A stretch of 64,000 nucleotides of DNA from Ascidiella aspersa (taxonomy: Eukaryota), in NCBI GenBank assembly GCA_963924565.1, contig OZ004608.1:32736001-32800000 (forward strand), read 5' to 3'. The notes below the pieces were generated by a model. That model saw only the letters and a list, made by a program, of their open reading frames with translations. It searched no databases and was not told the DNA's origin. Position numbers and translations under genes: made by a program. Positions 1-13,100 of this stretch are shown here, in pieces (positions within the stretch are counted from its first letter, which is position 1; the number at the start of each line of letters is the position of its first letter).

Positions 1-3000
1 TTTGGACTATGCTGAATACGGCCCTGCTCTTTTTTTAATATTTGCTCATACCAAGCGACTTTTGATCAGCCAAAAGATCCTAGATTTGGAATACGATATA
101 GTAGGAAAATATCAAAGTAGGAATATAAAGTTTTAAATAACTATTTATTCAGTTTCACCATTTTATGTGGGCTGAGATGTACCTGCTACGTGTAACTAAA
201 ACCTCCAACCATTATTCTGCAAAGGAATAAAATATCTTTCCGACATGACTCGTTTTAAAATTGATATTTTTGCTGTTCTTTACATTCTTTGCTTTTGGAT
301 TTATTTATAGGTAAATTTATCAAAAAATAGTATAGGTTAGCAACTGGAGGCAACTAAACCTCCTAAGGCTAAATCACATTTTGGCTTAAATTGTTTAAAT
401 TTTATCCATTTTTAAATATTTAAGCTTATAAATGACGTCATGTGGTATGAGATCGCATCGCGATAGTCTTTGTGCCAAATATCGCTGGTCGCAATAATAA
501 CTATAAATCCACATAAGGTGAAAAAAGTATCAAATTCGTTCACATTTTTCTGCTGGTTTGGTGGCAACCGAGGTTTTTGTTCCGCACTTTTGTAACTTAG
601 CTATTTGCCAATTTTTGTGCGTCTAATTTTTTGTCCCAAGTAAAATGACGTAGCAGTTTCAGCATTTGCCCTTTCGGTATGTTGAAGATCGGATCAATGC
701 GTAAGATTATGACGTTACAATTCCTGTGACGAATTTGACCTTTTACCGTATGCAGAAGCTAAGGGTAACTGTTTCAAGTTCGCAAACTAACCTTATAAGA
801 AGCCCAGCGTATATAGGTTTACAAATACATACATGTATAACTTATACAGTTATGCAATTTTGAGCGTGTTTTTAGGGCATTACGTAAAATTTCCCATCAT
901 ATATATATTTTTTTTTTGTTTCGAACGACTTCAATTCATTTTTAGTAAAATACTGCTTTGTCCATTTTACTTTAATCTCGGGAATGAATCTCCTACAGCC
1001 GCCTACGAAACAAACCCCGGGCTGCAATTTGCAGCAGTTAATTTCTGCTGTACGCCCGGGTTTTAAAGCTGGAAAGTGACAGGCGTGAAATCGGCCTACA
1101 GACCGAGATAAAACTAACAAGACGGCCTTGGATTTGACTTTTAAAGAGAGAGAGAGGCGAAATCCTGCCGCGCCGGATTATTTATAATTGCACCCGCCTT
1201 TTTATTGTTTGACTGGTGACTTATCACGCGCAAATCTAAAAAAAGTGGTGGAGAGTTGATCCTTGTGTCATGTTGTTTTACCGTTTTCTCTTCCGGAACA
1301 CGAAAGACAAGATAAACATCATAACCTAGCGACCATTGTAACATCACTGGGGAAATCATAGCGCTTTATGTCGCAATTTTCGATGATATGGTACGACGGT
1401 TAAAATATTTACCGAAAAATAACTAAACTAAGCAGACTTTAATACTTTGGCTTTCAAATGTATATTAGGAAAGAATATGGCATGACAGTGATGCCACATA
1501 GTATATTCACTTTGAAACGGTTATTTCTAGGCACGAAAAACTTGCCAAAATCATACCAAATGACCGGAGGTGGATATTTTAGCTTTCAAAGTTACATAAT
1601 AAGAAAACGAAAAAGGGTTGAGGCATTTAACTAGACCTATGTAACCCCTTAGCTTGACCCTACTGAACGCCCGAATGAGCGACAAAAGTCCCGTGTTCCC
1701 AATTCCGGCGCGCAACAACACAGCCTATATTGTATGGGTGTGTATTTTCGGCTTTGACGAACGGTAAAACGTCTACAAAAAAACGCATAAAAGATTTACG
1801 CTGCTGGAAACCGTTGCTTGAATCCGAAAATAACTTTTCTGGTGTTTGTTAAGCCAAATATACCCCTCAACTCCCGATTTTATACTGCGTTTTACCTTAT
1901 TTCAGTGCGCAACTTATTTATAATGGATAAGGCAATGCGAAAATCCCAAGTCATATTGCGTTAAAATTTCCACTTGATGTTTGTGACATCTTTTCACCGC
2001 CAGGGGCTAAAAGACACTAAAAATTACTTAACTTCGAGCCTTTTTCTCGCAGAAACTTAACTTTTAAGGTTCAATTTTAAACCAATTAGCACTTTCAAAC
2101 TTTGACGGCTGCATGTTGTTTTAGGTAATAAGGCAGCGACATTTTAACGGGTGTTGGGCTATTTTCAGTTTTCGTTAAACTTCAGAACGTTTTGTGTCTA
2201 AAACAGCGCGAAAATGATTTACAAAACAGAGTGAGAGCTATGTGGTGAGGCGCCAAACACAATTACAGCGGCTTCATAATGGCAATTAACGATAGCAATG
2301 GCCACTTTGAACAGTTTTCCACTTTCTTCTATCTTTGTGCGAAAATGGGACAAAAGACAAAAAAACAGACTTCGTTTAAAAAGGTCAAAGTGATTGTTTA
2401 ACGCACCACGAACAGTATCAAAACGCGGTTAAAAAAATAGAAAGGCGTCCAAATGGAATGCAGACGCAAAAAAAAACTAGCTGCGCAACACCCGAGCAGC
2501 CAAAAACAAGAGTCTGCGTACGATGCACTTTCGCAACAAGTTAGGGGGTAGGGGGTCTGTTTAGGACACAAATAAGCCGAGACGCGAAAAACTTCGGGTG
2601 CCATGGAAAAGGCGACCTCTCCCACACAAACGCTAGACATCGTCGAAAATTCTCGCCTATAGTCTTCTTGTGACTGACTGGCACATACAGATGCGTCTTG
2701 TGTGCGAGTGTGTGCGCAGTTGCTGAGAATCAACATTTCGAGAACGTTCGGGGTTTACGGCTATAGATTTGGGTGCGCGTCTGTGGAGCGGTTACTTTTC
2801 GGTGCCAAGTTACCGGCGCTTTTGACTTGTCAACGAATTTTTGTGGCGACTGCTTTTTTTTCTGCTTCGTTTATTATGCAACGAGAAATAGCACTTGCGA
2901 AAAGTTAGGGGTAGTTTTTTTTATGAGGTGACAAAATAACCGGCGATCAAGAAGTTCTTATACACTTATAACAATGTTTAATTTAATCTATTTTGTTTGT

Positions 3001-4108
3001 TTTGGGCATAGTAATGAGCTATCGCATCAGATCTCAATACTTTTTGTCAAAAATATCGGGTATATGTATCGCATTAAAATGTGAAAACAATAGGAATAAA
3101 AGGTGGCAATCATTACCCTTTTATAGATGACACAAAACGACTCGAAACATTGCCAAATTGGAATTTTGTGACTTGAATATTTAAAAAGGTGAGCTTGTCA
3201 ACACAAATTTGAATCTACTTTACACCAGTACAAAATGCAAGATCGCTTAATCACGAATCATTTCGACGCTTTCCAAATCCTACTTCCACAAGGGTCGCAT
3301 TCTTGTCAGCATTTCGAAAAGCACAAACATGTCAGAAAAATGATCGACCGCTTCTTTGAATGGCGAGCAGCGAAAATTAAGTGAGTCATGTTTTAACATC
3401 GGGAGTTGACCTTTTGAAACGACGGACATGGGTCTCTTGAGTAATACGTAATATCGACATATCTTGCATAAACAGTGCGTGATACGTTTTTCGCGTTAAT
3501 CTGGAAGATGATTATAAAGATGCTGGCCAATTTTTCACCATAATTTATAACTTGCCTTATATATTTACTGGCCACTTTTGAACTGGCCTACAAACTGTGA
3601 ATTGATTAGCTGGCCGTTTATTCTAAGTTTATCATCTACATGGGCTATAAAACAACTAGTTTTACATATGTCGTCCATATTAATTGACATTTTGCAAGGA
3701 CGCCATCATATATAATATAAGGGTCATTTAAAAGTTAACCGTCGTTGTCATTTTCATTTATAGGATGAGCCATATAACATCTAGACGTAGACCAATACGC
3801 CATATAAGAGGTATTACATTATATTGACTACTATTTTAAACCATCTTTACATTAAGTGAACCCTGTATACACAGTTTGTATTCGAGCAAAGCATGTCATC
3901 GTGGCAAATAGTAAAGCGCTCAACAATACCACAAATAAACCAGCCAATATAGTCGTCGTTTATACAAATATACACGGCAACGAACCTTAAGTGTGCCCAA
4001 ACGGACATTGCAAACAATGCTGTGAAAAACGACAAAAAGACGAGCGAATGAGTGCCGACCTTTGGGTCAATATTGCCCAAGCCACTCTGTGGGTTGACGA
4101 ATACAGCT

Positions 4109-4134
4109 GGGGGTGGGGTCATGGGGGTTGGGGG
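4109..4134 (+). other. Canonical G-quadruplex motif in the latrophilin intron
   Basis: G5-t-G4-tcat-G5-tt-G5. Confidence 0.6.
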
Positions 4135-6980
4135 TGTTTACACCTGGATAACAAAGGCTTTGCTCTTTGCGATCCCTCATAAGCCACAGTATATTTACAG
4201 AGAAAATCCTGGTGTGTTTTCGAAACAAACACTCGACGGACGAACGCTAACAAACCAAGGGGGGATATTGTAACGCGCCAAGTCTATGTTAATCACAGCC
4301 AATGCATTAAACGTGTTAAAATATGAGAAAATTTCTATCGCACGCGTTCAATATTGGTTGGTGCCTAAAGGTGACAATTGATTCAACTATACAGTTCAGG
4401 CCTGACCATGCAGAATTTTTTATTAATTTGGAACCATTATTGTCGGCTGGACATTTAGGCGTGTCACTGGGCCCAAATATATTTGCATTACGTTTGAGGG
4501 TGACGCATGTGACTTATATCAGACCCAAATATTGGCTGTGTCGGTTTTGATGTGCCTTAATTACTCCGTTTACCGCTTTGTTAAAAACGCCACGGTTCGA
4601 CTTGTTTATGAAGGATACAATAATGACAAAAAATGCAAGTTGTGAAACGAATTTGGGATATTAATTCGATGGTGGCAGGTTATGTAGACTTTAACTATAC
4701 CATGGTTAAGGAATGACCATAGTCATTGCGAGGGCTAACCTTTAAAAGGGGCTAAATTAGCGCTCTTTCGACACGGTCTTGATTCAAGGACAGGACGGAC
4801 AGGCGTGAACGAAAAAATGTTTGCCTTTTGTTGAAATCGAGAAGTGGATGATAACCGACGAAAATTCCACGCAGATGCGCCCATAGCTTTTTGAACAGGA
4901 TGCACTTAATTGAGTCAATTTTCCCTTTTCGCCATTTCCAGTGGGCGTGACCATGCGATCGCGCCAAATCTGACTTGGGGCGGATTAAGACCCCGAATTT
5001 GGGGTGACGCCGTACCCAGGGGGTGACCAGGGGCGCTGACAGGCCCCAGTTGGCCACCGTGACCGCGCCGCGTCGGGTTCCAGTTGGCTTGAATCACCCC
5101 CTTGGCGCGATTAAGAAATTAGGCCAAAATAAACCTTCGATTCTCTCTACTGTTTGCGACTGGCGGGAGGAAATAACGTCGACGTTACGCCAAATCGTTG
5201 TCGTTTGGAGTCATTCGATTTTTGAGGCGAAACGATGACAGACGTTTAGCAAATTCTTCTTCGTAAGTCTTCTTCGTAAGAGTTTGAATTTAAAATTTTT
5301 TTTGGAGGTAAATTATGTTTTGAATTCGAGGCTTGACGGTATAATGGTTCGTTTTTATCCTTGCTTTTCAATACTGGGAAAAACAATTGCTAAATTAATC
5401 GTTTTCGTTTGGCCAATTGTTACATTTTATACCAGTTTCTAAAAGTGGTGCCATAATTTTCGTCGAAAATGAAAAGTATTTACGTATTGCAAGTTTGAGA
5501 TCGGTTTCATTTTTAAATTATGTGCCAGTGTGTTATATATTTACCACTCTTTTTTTAGTGTTTCGCCACAAAAACACGGAAAATAAAATCTGTATATGAA
5601 TTCCAATCGGCCACGCTAGCTTCCAAAGACATAAGTCGCCGAATTTCAGGCGAAAAAAACAGAACTGAGAGCATTTTGAAGCGGCCAGGTTCCCACAATT
5701 AAGCGTCGCAATCAAAAATGATCGAAAAACAATGAATAAAAAGTCTTCCGTCTTGCCAAAGTGAACAGGCAAAGGCACTCGCAAGCAAAACAAAGCGGTG
5801 ATCTCATATCGTGTCGCTCAATCACAGTTAGGAGACCGCCTACACTTGCAGACAGGTCGAAAGGCGAATGGACGGACAGGTGTTTACAGGGCACAGCGCA
5901 CTCCAAGTAAGGCTATGTGACCGCCACTGATAGAAGCAGCGCTTTCAAGATGCCGACGGGAACAAACAAGATAAAAGGACACGAGACGACAATAATCCCC
6001 ATTTCTGGGAGGTCTAGCTTTGCATTCGCTTAAAAATAAACGCAGCGGCTTTTGGAAAACGATTTTTTTTGACACATCGTCTACATTTTTAATTTTTTGC
6101 CTTTAGTCCCCATTTCTGGGAGGTCTCACGTTGCATTACCTCTCCAAACAAAATAGAAGTTATACAAAAAATACAACATATACTAGGATTCGATATTCTG
6201 GATTCGTTATTCTAGATTTAAAACCTAATATTCTAGAATACCTTGGGATTCTACTTTAAACAACATCCCTATTTAAGACATAATAGTTGTGTTGGAAATT
6301 TGAAGTGATTACGTCACCTGCCCCACACACCCACACAAAGTGGGATCTGTCATTCCATGCGCCAATCACAACAAATGTTAGCGCCGTCAAAATATTTAAA
6401 TTGGGCCACCGGCTGAGTTTTCAAACGCCGTCTCCTATGATCGATTAAGACTACAATAATATAAGGCTCGAAATTTGTCGTTTAGGGACTGTAACTTGGC
6501 CTAGCCAATGCTACAGCATTTAGTTGATCATTACACAGAGCAACAATTGTGTCAATGTGTTACATTTGTATACCATTAAACAATAAATGATTTGATACTA
6601 TTCTTGATACTATTCTGTTTCTATCAAGCTGTCAAATACTTTACAGTTCTGTAAAAACAACCCAATAAAAACTCTTCTTGTTCGGAAGAAACTAATCCTG
6701 TTTGGGAGAAATTATCTGCATTTTGCGAATATAGAAACGGCCCAGTAAAGCGTACAACAGTGGACATGGCAAAAATAGTCTTAAAATGCTGGACATATCG
6801 GCTTTGACATTCATTTCCAAGTAATGCATAATACAAGTAATACACCTAGCCTTAAAATATAAAAAAATATGTGAAAACTGCAAATACAGTTTAACAAAAC
6901 CAAAAGCCTACAAAAACAACGTTATTCGGCAATGCAATCAAAACTTGTCAAACTTCACAAAGAATATATTCAAAACTGAC

Positions 6981-7162
6981 CTCGTTAAGCTGCTGGACCT
7001 GGGCGGTGCTGAGGGGCGTCCTGGCCTCCTGGGCCATTTGGGAACTCCGTTTCATGACGCGTGCCGCGTTGCTGATCTCGTCGCTACGCAACAAGCTAGA
7101 ATCGCTGCTGTCGCTCAGGTCACGTGACAAATCCTCGACTGCGGTGCTGGGGCTGATTTGAC
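6981..7162 (-). CDS. ADGRL: Latrophilin coding exon 11, GAIN subdomain A helices (G)QISPSTAVEDLSRDL...DEISNAARVMKR...VQQLNE
   Basis: Acceptor tttaacag, donor gtcagt; phase 1 entry fits exon 10; GC-rich coding-like sequence with amphipathic helices. Confidence 0.88.
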
Positions 7163-10100
7163 CTGTTAAATGTTGTTGCGTTTTTTTAAATGCTATCACT
7201 GTTAATATGCGCCACGTTTTTTCTTCGTTTTTTTATAATGTTTATTTTTTCAAGATAAATTTTGCTCATCAATGTCTTTTTTGCACATTGTTTGAGATTT
7301 TAGTTTTAGAAGATATCTTGGGATTCTATCTTCAAATGTTGTTGCATTTTTAAAAATTGAATCATTTTATAGTTCGAGGTTTCATGTTGAATATTCTTTT
7401 TTTTGTATTGTTTTTCTTCTGATAAAAAATTCATTCAATATGACTCTTCGTTTTACAAAATGACTTTGTGTCTTTAAAAATATTTTGTGTAATTTTATAT
7501 TTAAAAAAATAAATTTTCGTTTTTGATTGTTTCGTTTATTTGAAAAGAGGCCAACAGTTTTTGTTGATAATATAAAATGAAAATTTCTTAAAGATGACTG
7601 TATGACAACATATCATCGTTTAAAATGGATCGAGAATTCGTTTGTTTTTTATTGAATATGTTATGCTTTTGGTCGATTAAACATCCAGTCAGTCTCATGC
7701 CTTTTCCATACGATGCTCATTAAAATGCACTCGAGCGTTGAAAACGCGTGGCGGCATTAAGAGGCCGATTAGCTCGTTCGAAAATGCAAACGCATATGTC
7801 CAATGAGCATCGGTAGGTGGGCCAATATACAAGGCCACTTCACATAAGGTAATATCCATTTTATGGGCAATTATTTAGAGCGGAACAGTTCTAAAACGGC
7901 CTGCTGTTTTTTGGTACACCAAGAAGGAAATCAGCCACTTTTAAAAATGGCAACCTGTAGCGGCTTGAAGGCTAATTTACATATAAGCTTCTAGTGTGCA
8001 AAACTAAAGTGCAACGAGGTGACGCGTTAAGTAAAGCAAGGTGACATAGATAGCTTATATTGCACAGAAATGCCCGAAGCTTCGTTTTTATGCCGAAACA
8101 ATTGCACCCAATATTTAGCAAAAGTAAGGCAGGCTGAAATGCCGAAATTCTTAAATTTAAAACTAATCAAAGGCTACACTCTAAGGGTTCTTAAACAAAT
8201 TATTTGCTTTATCGTGAGAAAGTTTTTTAATACATTTTTAAGTTAGGAAACGCTACTTCTGTTTATCAGAAATTGGGGATCTTCCATGATTCGATAAATA
8301 CCAAACATTACTATCGTGTGGGCTAGTAAAACTGTAAAAATCGGCTCAAAATAACCCCAAAAACAGGGGCTTTCAAAAGTGGCCCCTTATAGTGACAACA
8401 ACAAGATGATTCGTACCTTGCTCTAATCTCTGCTCGAGGTCGTTAATCCAGGTGAGGCAGCGCGACATGTCAGGTCCTTGGCTCGACCAATCCACCTTCT
8501 CCGTGAAGCGATCGATCTCACAACGCCACTGCGCCTCGCCTGCAAATAAAAAGCGAATAAAATCGATGCGAAAAGACGCCAGTTTCGCCTGTTTGTCGCC
8601 GCGTTTAGGGTGATTAGACTTATTCCCAACACAAGAAATGTAAATTGGCAATCAGTTAAACATTTTCTTATTTTTTTTGCCAATGAGAGGTTATATCTAA
8701 TGTTAAAAAGCTATTTGAAATAAAAAATCTATTATGTTGAATATTTTTTTTTTTTTTTGCCTATGTGAGGCTAGTCTGATGATAAAAAAGCTATTTGAAT
8801 CGGTTACAAGAAAATAATTGTTTCACACTAACCGTTAAAAGTAGGTTTACTTTTAAGGCTTGGCATAACCAGATATTCCTGATATAAGCAAGCACATGAC
8901 GAAAAATCACTTTTAAGATAGTTAACGAAAAAAGTTTGGCCAGTTTTGCACTTGAATGCAAGACCAATTAGCAAAGCGTCCTTAACTAAATTGAACCTTC
9001 TGTAACTAAAGTTACGACAATGAGAAAAATAGAATTTGACGAGTAAAACAGCCTTGTGTGTGCAAAACTTTGAGTATAGTCAAAAGCGTTTCGGAATCAC
9101 AAAACCGTTAATTTGCGGTATGCGTGCTGCAAACAACTCATCGTATGGAGAAAGATGTTAATACACTTAGCCCAAACGAAGACAGCGTCGTCTAAACACA
9201 CAGAGTGCGTCGGCAGACTGCTTTTGATTGACGTATGTTTGCTTAACGGTCTCGTTCGAAATGGCGCAACCCTTTGGCAATATGGATATTGGCGCTAAGA
9301 AGTTGATAACATTGGAAGGTCTGAGGGACGTTTGTTAAACAAGGCCCGACACACCGTTCGACTCATGACATTCAACCGTACACAAAAACACGATACGGAC
9401 ATCGTTCGTAACTTTGCAGTGTGGAAAACGCGACAGACTGTTAGTTGAACACGTGAAACTGTTGTTAGACATAACCGCACGACTAGGACAGGGAACATTG
9501 TTGCGATGATGTAAGGCATGGCTTCCCAAACTGTGGTCCGTGGGCATTTTGGAGGTACGTTGACCAGTTTTAGGGGAGGGGACCACGAAGCCCTAATTAA
9601 AATAACAGTGTATTATTTGATAATGGGAAAAAAAAGTTTTGGGAAAGAAAGGTTATTTTAAAAAGGATCCTTTTTCTTGATCCAAAAACATTTTTGGAGC
9701 GAAAAGATTCGATTTTTGGCCGAAAAGACATTTTTGGACCGAAAAAAGTTTCAGTATCCTTGTTTAATGACGTTAATTTATGACGTACGACGTTATTTGC
9801 GTCAATTTCTGACGTCATCCCTGTAAATGCCATGCCGACCATGATCCAAACAAACCAATCTGTTTTCAAGTGTTCCGTGATGTATTCATTGTCTTTTACC
9901 TTAGTGCGAAATCGCACGAAAATTGTGCGAAAAAGGGTAGCAGCTTTCGAAGTTGTTCTACAAATTGGCCACATAAAAACTGCAACGACAAAAACGACAT
10001 CCTTGCGCTGATTTGTTTTACAAACCGGCCGTTATTTCCCGCCCAATTAACACCGTAGGGAGGCGTCGGGTCTGTTCGGATTCGTAATGAGGCAAAAGCT

Positions 10101-13100
10101 CAAAGGCGAAAAAGCGAATTTCGCCGCCTTGTTTTGAAAAGGCCAGGAATTGATGGGCACATGGGAATCGGCCGCCTGGTTTACTTTAAGGTTAAACTTG
10201 TTTTCCTACGTTTTCGACTGTCAAGTAGAAAACGGGAGTTGAAGTCTATGCGAAGCAACTGTTGTTTTTTCAAGTTGAAGGCCGCGGCGACTGTCAATTA
10301 AAAACAACGGCGCTCACAAAACAAAAACGACGGAGTTCGAAATGAGTGCCTGTCGCAGATTACAGGGTTAGAAATTGTCGCAATTTTTTTTCTAGCTTTG
10401 AAAGACGTCGCGACATAATGTCATACATTTTTAATCATATTTTTTACAAGAAACATAACCCAAAACTTGTTTGGACTACAACAATAATTCACAAAATATG
10501 TAAGTAACATAACAAAGTTGTGTAACCCAAACAAAACTCAATATTACAAATATTTTCTTAAATAAGGCAAACAGTGAATAAAAATAAGAAACAATAAAAC
10601 TCAAAGTTAAAAAAAACGAGTGAAACACAGGATCAGAGATTTTTTAAGGAATATATATTTCGCCTACACAGGATACACCCTTTTATAAAATAAAAACTAA
10701 CTTCAATAGGCATATTGCTTATGTAACCTGTACAGTGCCCCACTTGGTATTTTTAACATCGCAAACATCTTACGATAACTAGCCGACCAATGTAACAAAG
10801 AAGAAGTAGACAGGTAACATTTACGTATGTTGGCAATTAGCATTTCCAACGCGGCCATATGGACTGCCATAAAACCTCCATGGACCGTTGGTAGTTTCGC
10901 ATCGCAATTGGCAAACCACCTAATACCCAAGACATCGCTAATTGATCGATTGACTGATATTTATTAGGCAAGCATCAAGCAACTGCTCAAGCGACTAAAT
11001 TTAAACTGGATTATACCCGCAAAAAATTACGTAATATACAGCCATGACTGTATGGAAAGCACCAAGTCGGTGACAAACAATGTTAAGCTCTCGTGTCCGC
11101 TTGAAGTTAAACAGCAGTGGGCCGGAAGTAATTAAACTAATACAATTAGCACACTGATATCACCGATCGATATTTTTCGATCGGCCCGCTAAAATTCGCA
11201 AACAATCAAACCGAAATGACGTCACGGAAGGCTTAAGCATCCTTAACACTTGTATAGGTTCTTAAAAGAGCTAAAATTGAATCGCTAGACAAATTTTGAA
11301 TATAACCGGAAAACAAAACGGTATAAATGACATAGTCATCACAATTAAAAACCTTATTTTAATTGTTTTTTATCAGCGCTTTAAAAAAACACAAAACTTA
11401 AGCCAGACATAAAATAATAAACAGATTCAAAGACGATTCATAATCGTTTAAAAAAGACATTTTTAAAGACTTGTCATTATGTAAATCAATTCAAATGCAT
11501 TAAAAGACTTATTCAACCGAAGATTTAAACGACATCAAAACACTGAACTAAAGAAATAGAGGCTGTTTTGATTGATATTCCGACTAGAAGCATTATTATA
11601 TCAATATATTTAGTCTGACACCAAGATACGAGCAGCTGTCCAAAGAAGCCACGTCACTCTTATAACTTTCAAGTTTATTTACATTCGCACATACCTCGGA
11701 CTCCGTTGGGACACGGCATACTGCTCACAGTGCCGGCAGCAGTCTGAGGCCACGAAATTCCGTTTTTCTGGCCAGGGGGGCAATTAAAGTTGGTCGAGGC
11801 GCCGGCGGACGGCTTGCCCCCCGGACGGGCGCTGGTGGTCCGGACCGGGATAAAGGGGGGAGGGGTGTGGGGGGCGATTGGGGGCCGACGACGGGTTGTG
11901 GTGCTGATGGTGGACACGGTGGTTGTGGTTGTGGGTTTGTTCGCTGTAACGAAAAGCAAGTTTGTAAAAAAGTTCAATGGTTCCTTTTAGCGTCCGTAAA
12001 CATGAGATTTAAAGAATGGCTTAAAAAAAGGGTAGTCTGAAGATACACTAAAAATGCATTTAAGATTTCCCATCAGTTGCAATAAAGGTAGAAGCTCAAT
12101 TTTAGCTGCAATGTTATTGAATTAACGCAAATAACGTATCTCAAAAAAAGACACTTTCTCTTCCACAAAAACCTTGTTTTTCAGAACCCCGAATTTTGGT
12201 TTGAGTTTTAAGATAAGTAACTGAAAGAAATTCTTGATAATCCCTTGAAAGCGACAATGAAGACAGTTATAACCACATACAAGAAACAAATATTTCAACA
12301 AAATGCAGACAAATAGTTAAAAGCTTACAGCCATTTAGAACCCCGGCAGGCAAAGTAGCGTTTGCCACAATTTTTGTCCATAAAAACTCCACGAAGTTAA
12401 TAAGAGCAGCATTACTCCCCTGACATATAAAACCAGCTAAAATTATTCAAAGCTCACCGTCTTCCGGCATAGGCAGGCGAAAGTGCAGCTTATAGTAGAC
12501 CGCGTTGCTCCCGGTAGCGTCCCAAGCATACAACAGCTGTTCCCTAGGGTTGTACTTCAGTGAGGTCAAGTTGTAGGCGCGGAAGGACCGGCCCCGGGCT
12601 AACAGGCCGGCCGCCAGGGGCGCGAAACGGCGCTTGGGCGGCGCCGGGGAATCCCCAGCGCGGAGCCCGACCGGGTCCGAGGGGGAGAGGGCTCGGTTCC
12701 GGTCGAAACCGATGGTGACGTGGTGCCCCTGTCTCTCGGCCACGTTCGTGTTGTAAGTGTAGTCGACGTTGCCGCTCTGGTGGCCGACCACGTATAGGAC
12801 GCCGCAGATTAGAAATGTGTGCATTGCAGAGTTCTGCTTGAAGCTTGTCGTCCAAGTTTTCTGGAAATGAAGAGGGTAAAGAATTGAAGATTTTCGTGTG
12901 TGTTGGGTAAGTGGGTTTTTGTTTCTCTGATTGCTGTTCCTTTTTCGCTTTTCTTATTGATGAAATATCCTACTTCTAGGTGACCATATACTGTAGGACT
13001 TTTGCAATAGGTTTTGCTTTATGTGTAACAACATTGGCTTTATTTCAAAGATTTTTTTACCCTATTTTTGGGTAGTTTTGTCCGATTTGTAAACCTATGC

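Noticed and set aside
1012-1064. Nested inverted repeats as a pre-miRNA
   Set aside because: Large asymmetric bulge and short stems; not a Drosha-type hairpin.
3235-3386. Plus-strand 49-codon ORF ending at a gtgagt donor (possible nested gene exon)
   Set aside because: No partner exons or recognisable homology.
1-6980. Next GAIN exon of latrophilin
   Set aside because: No minus-strand segment with GAIN-like sequence and splice sites was found; it probably lies outside the window.
11790-11990. Plus-strand Val/Gly-rich ORF (also 6945-7127 and 30675-31076)
   Set aside because: Antisense shadows of real latrophilin exons.
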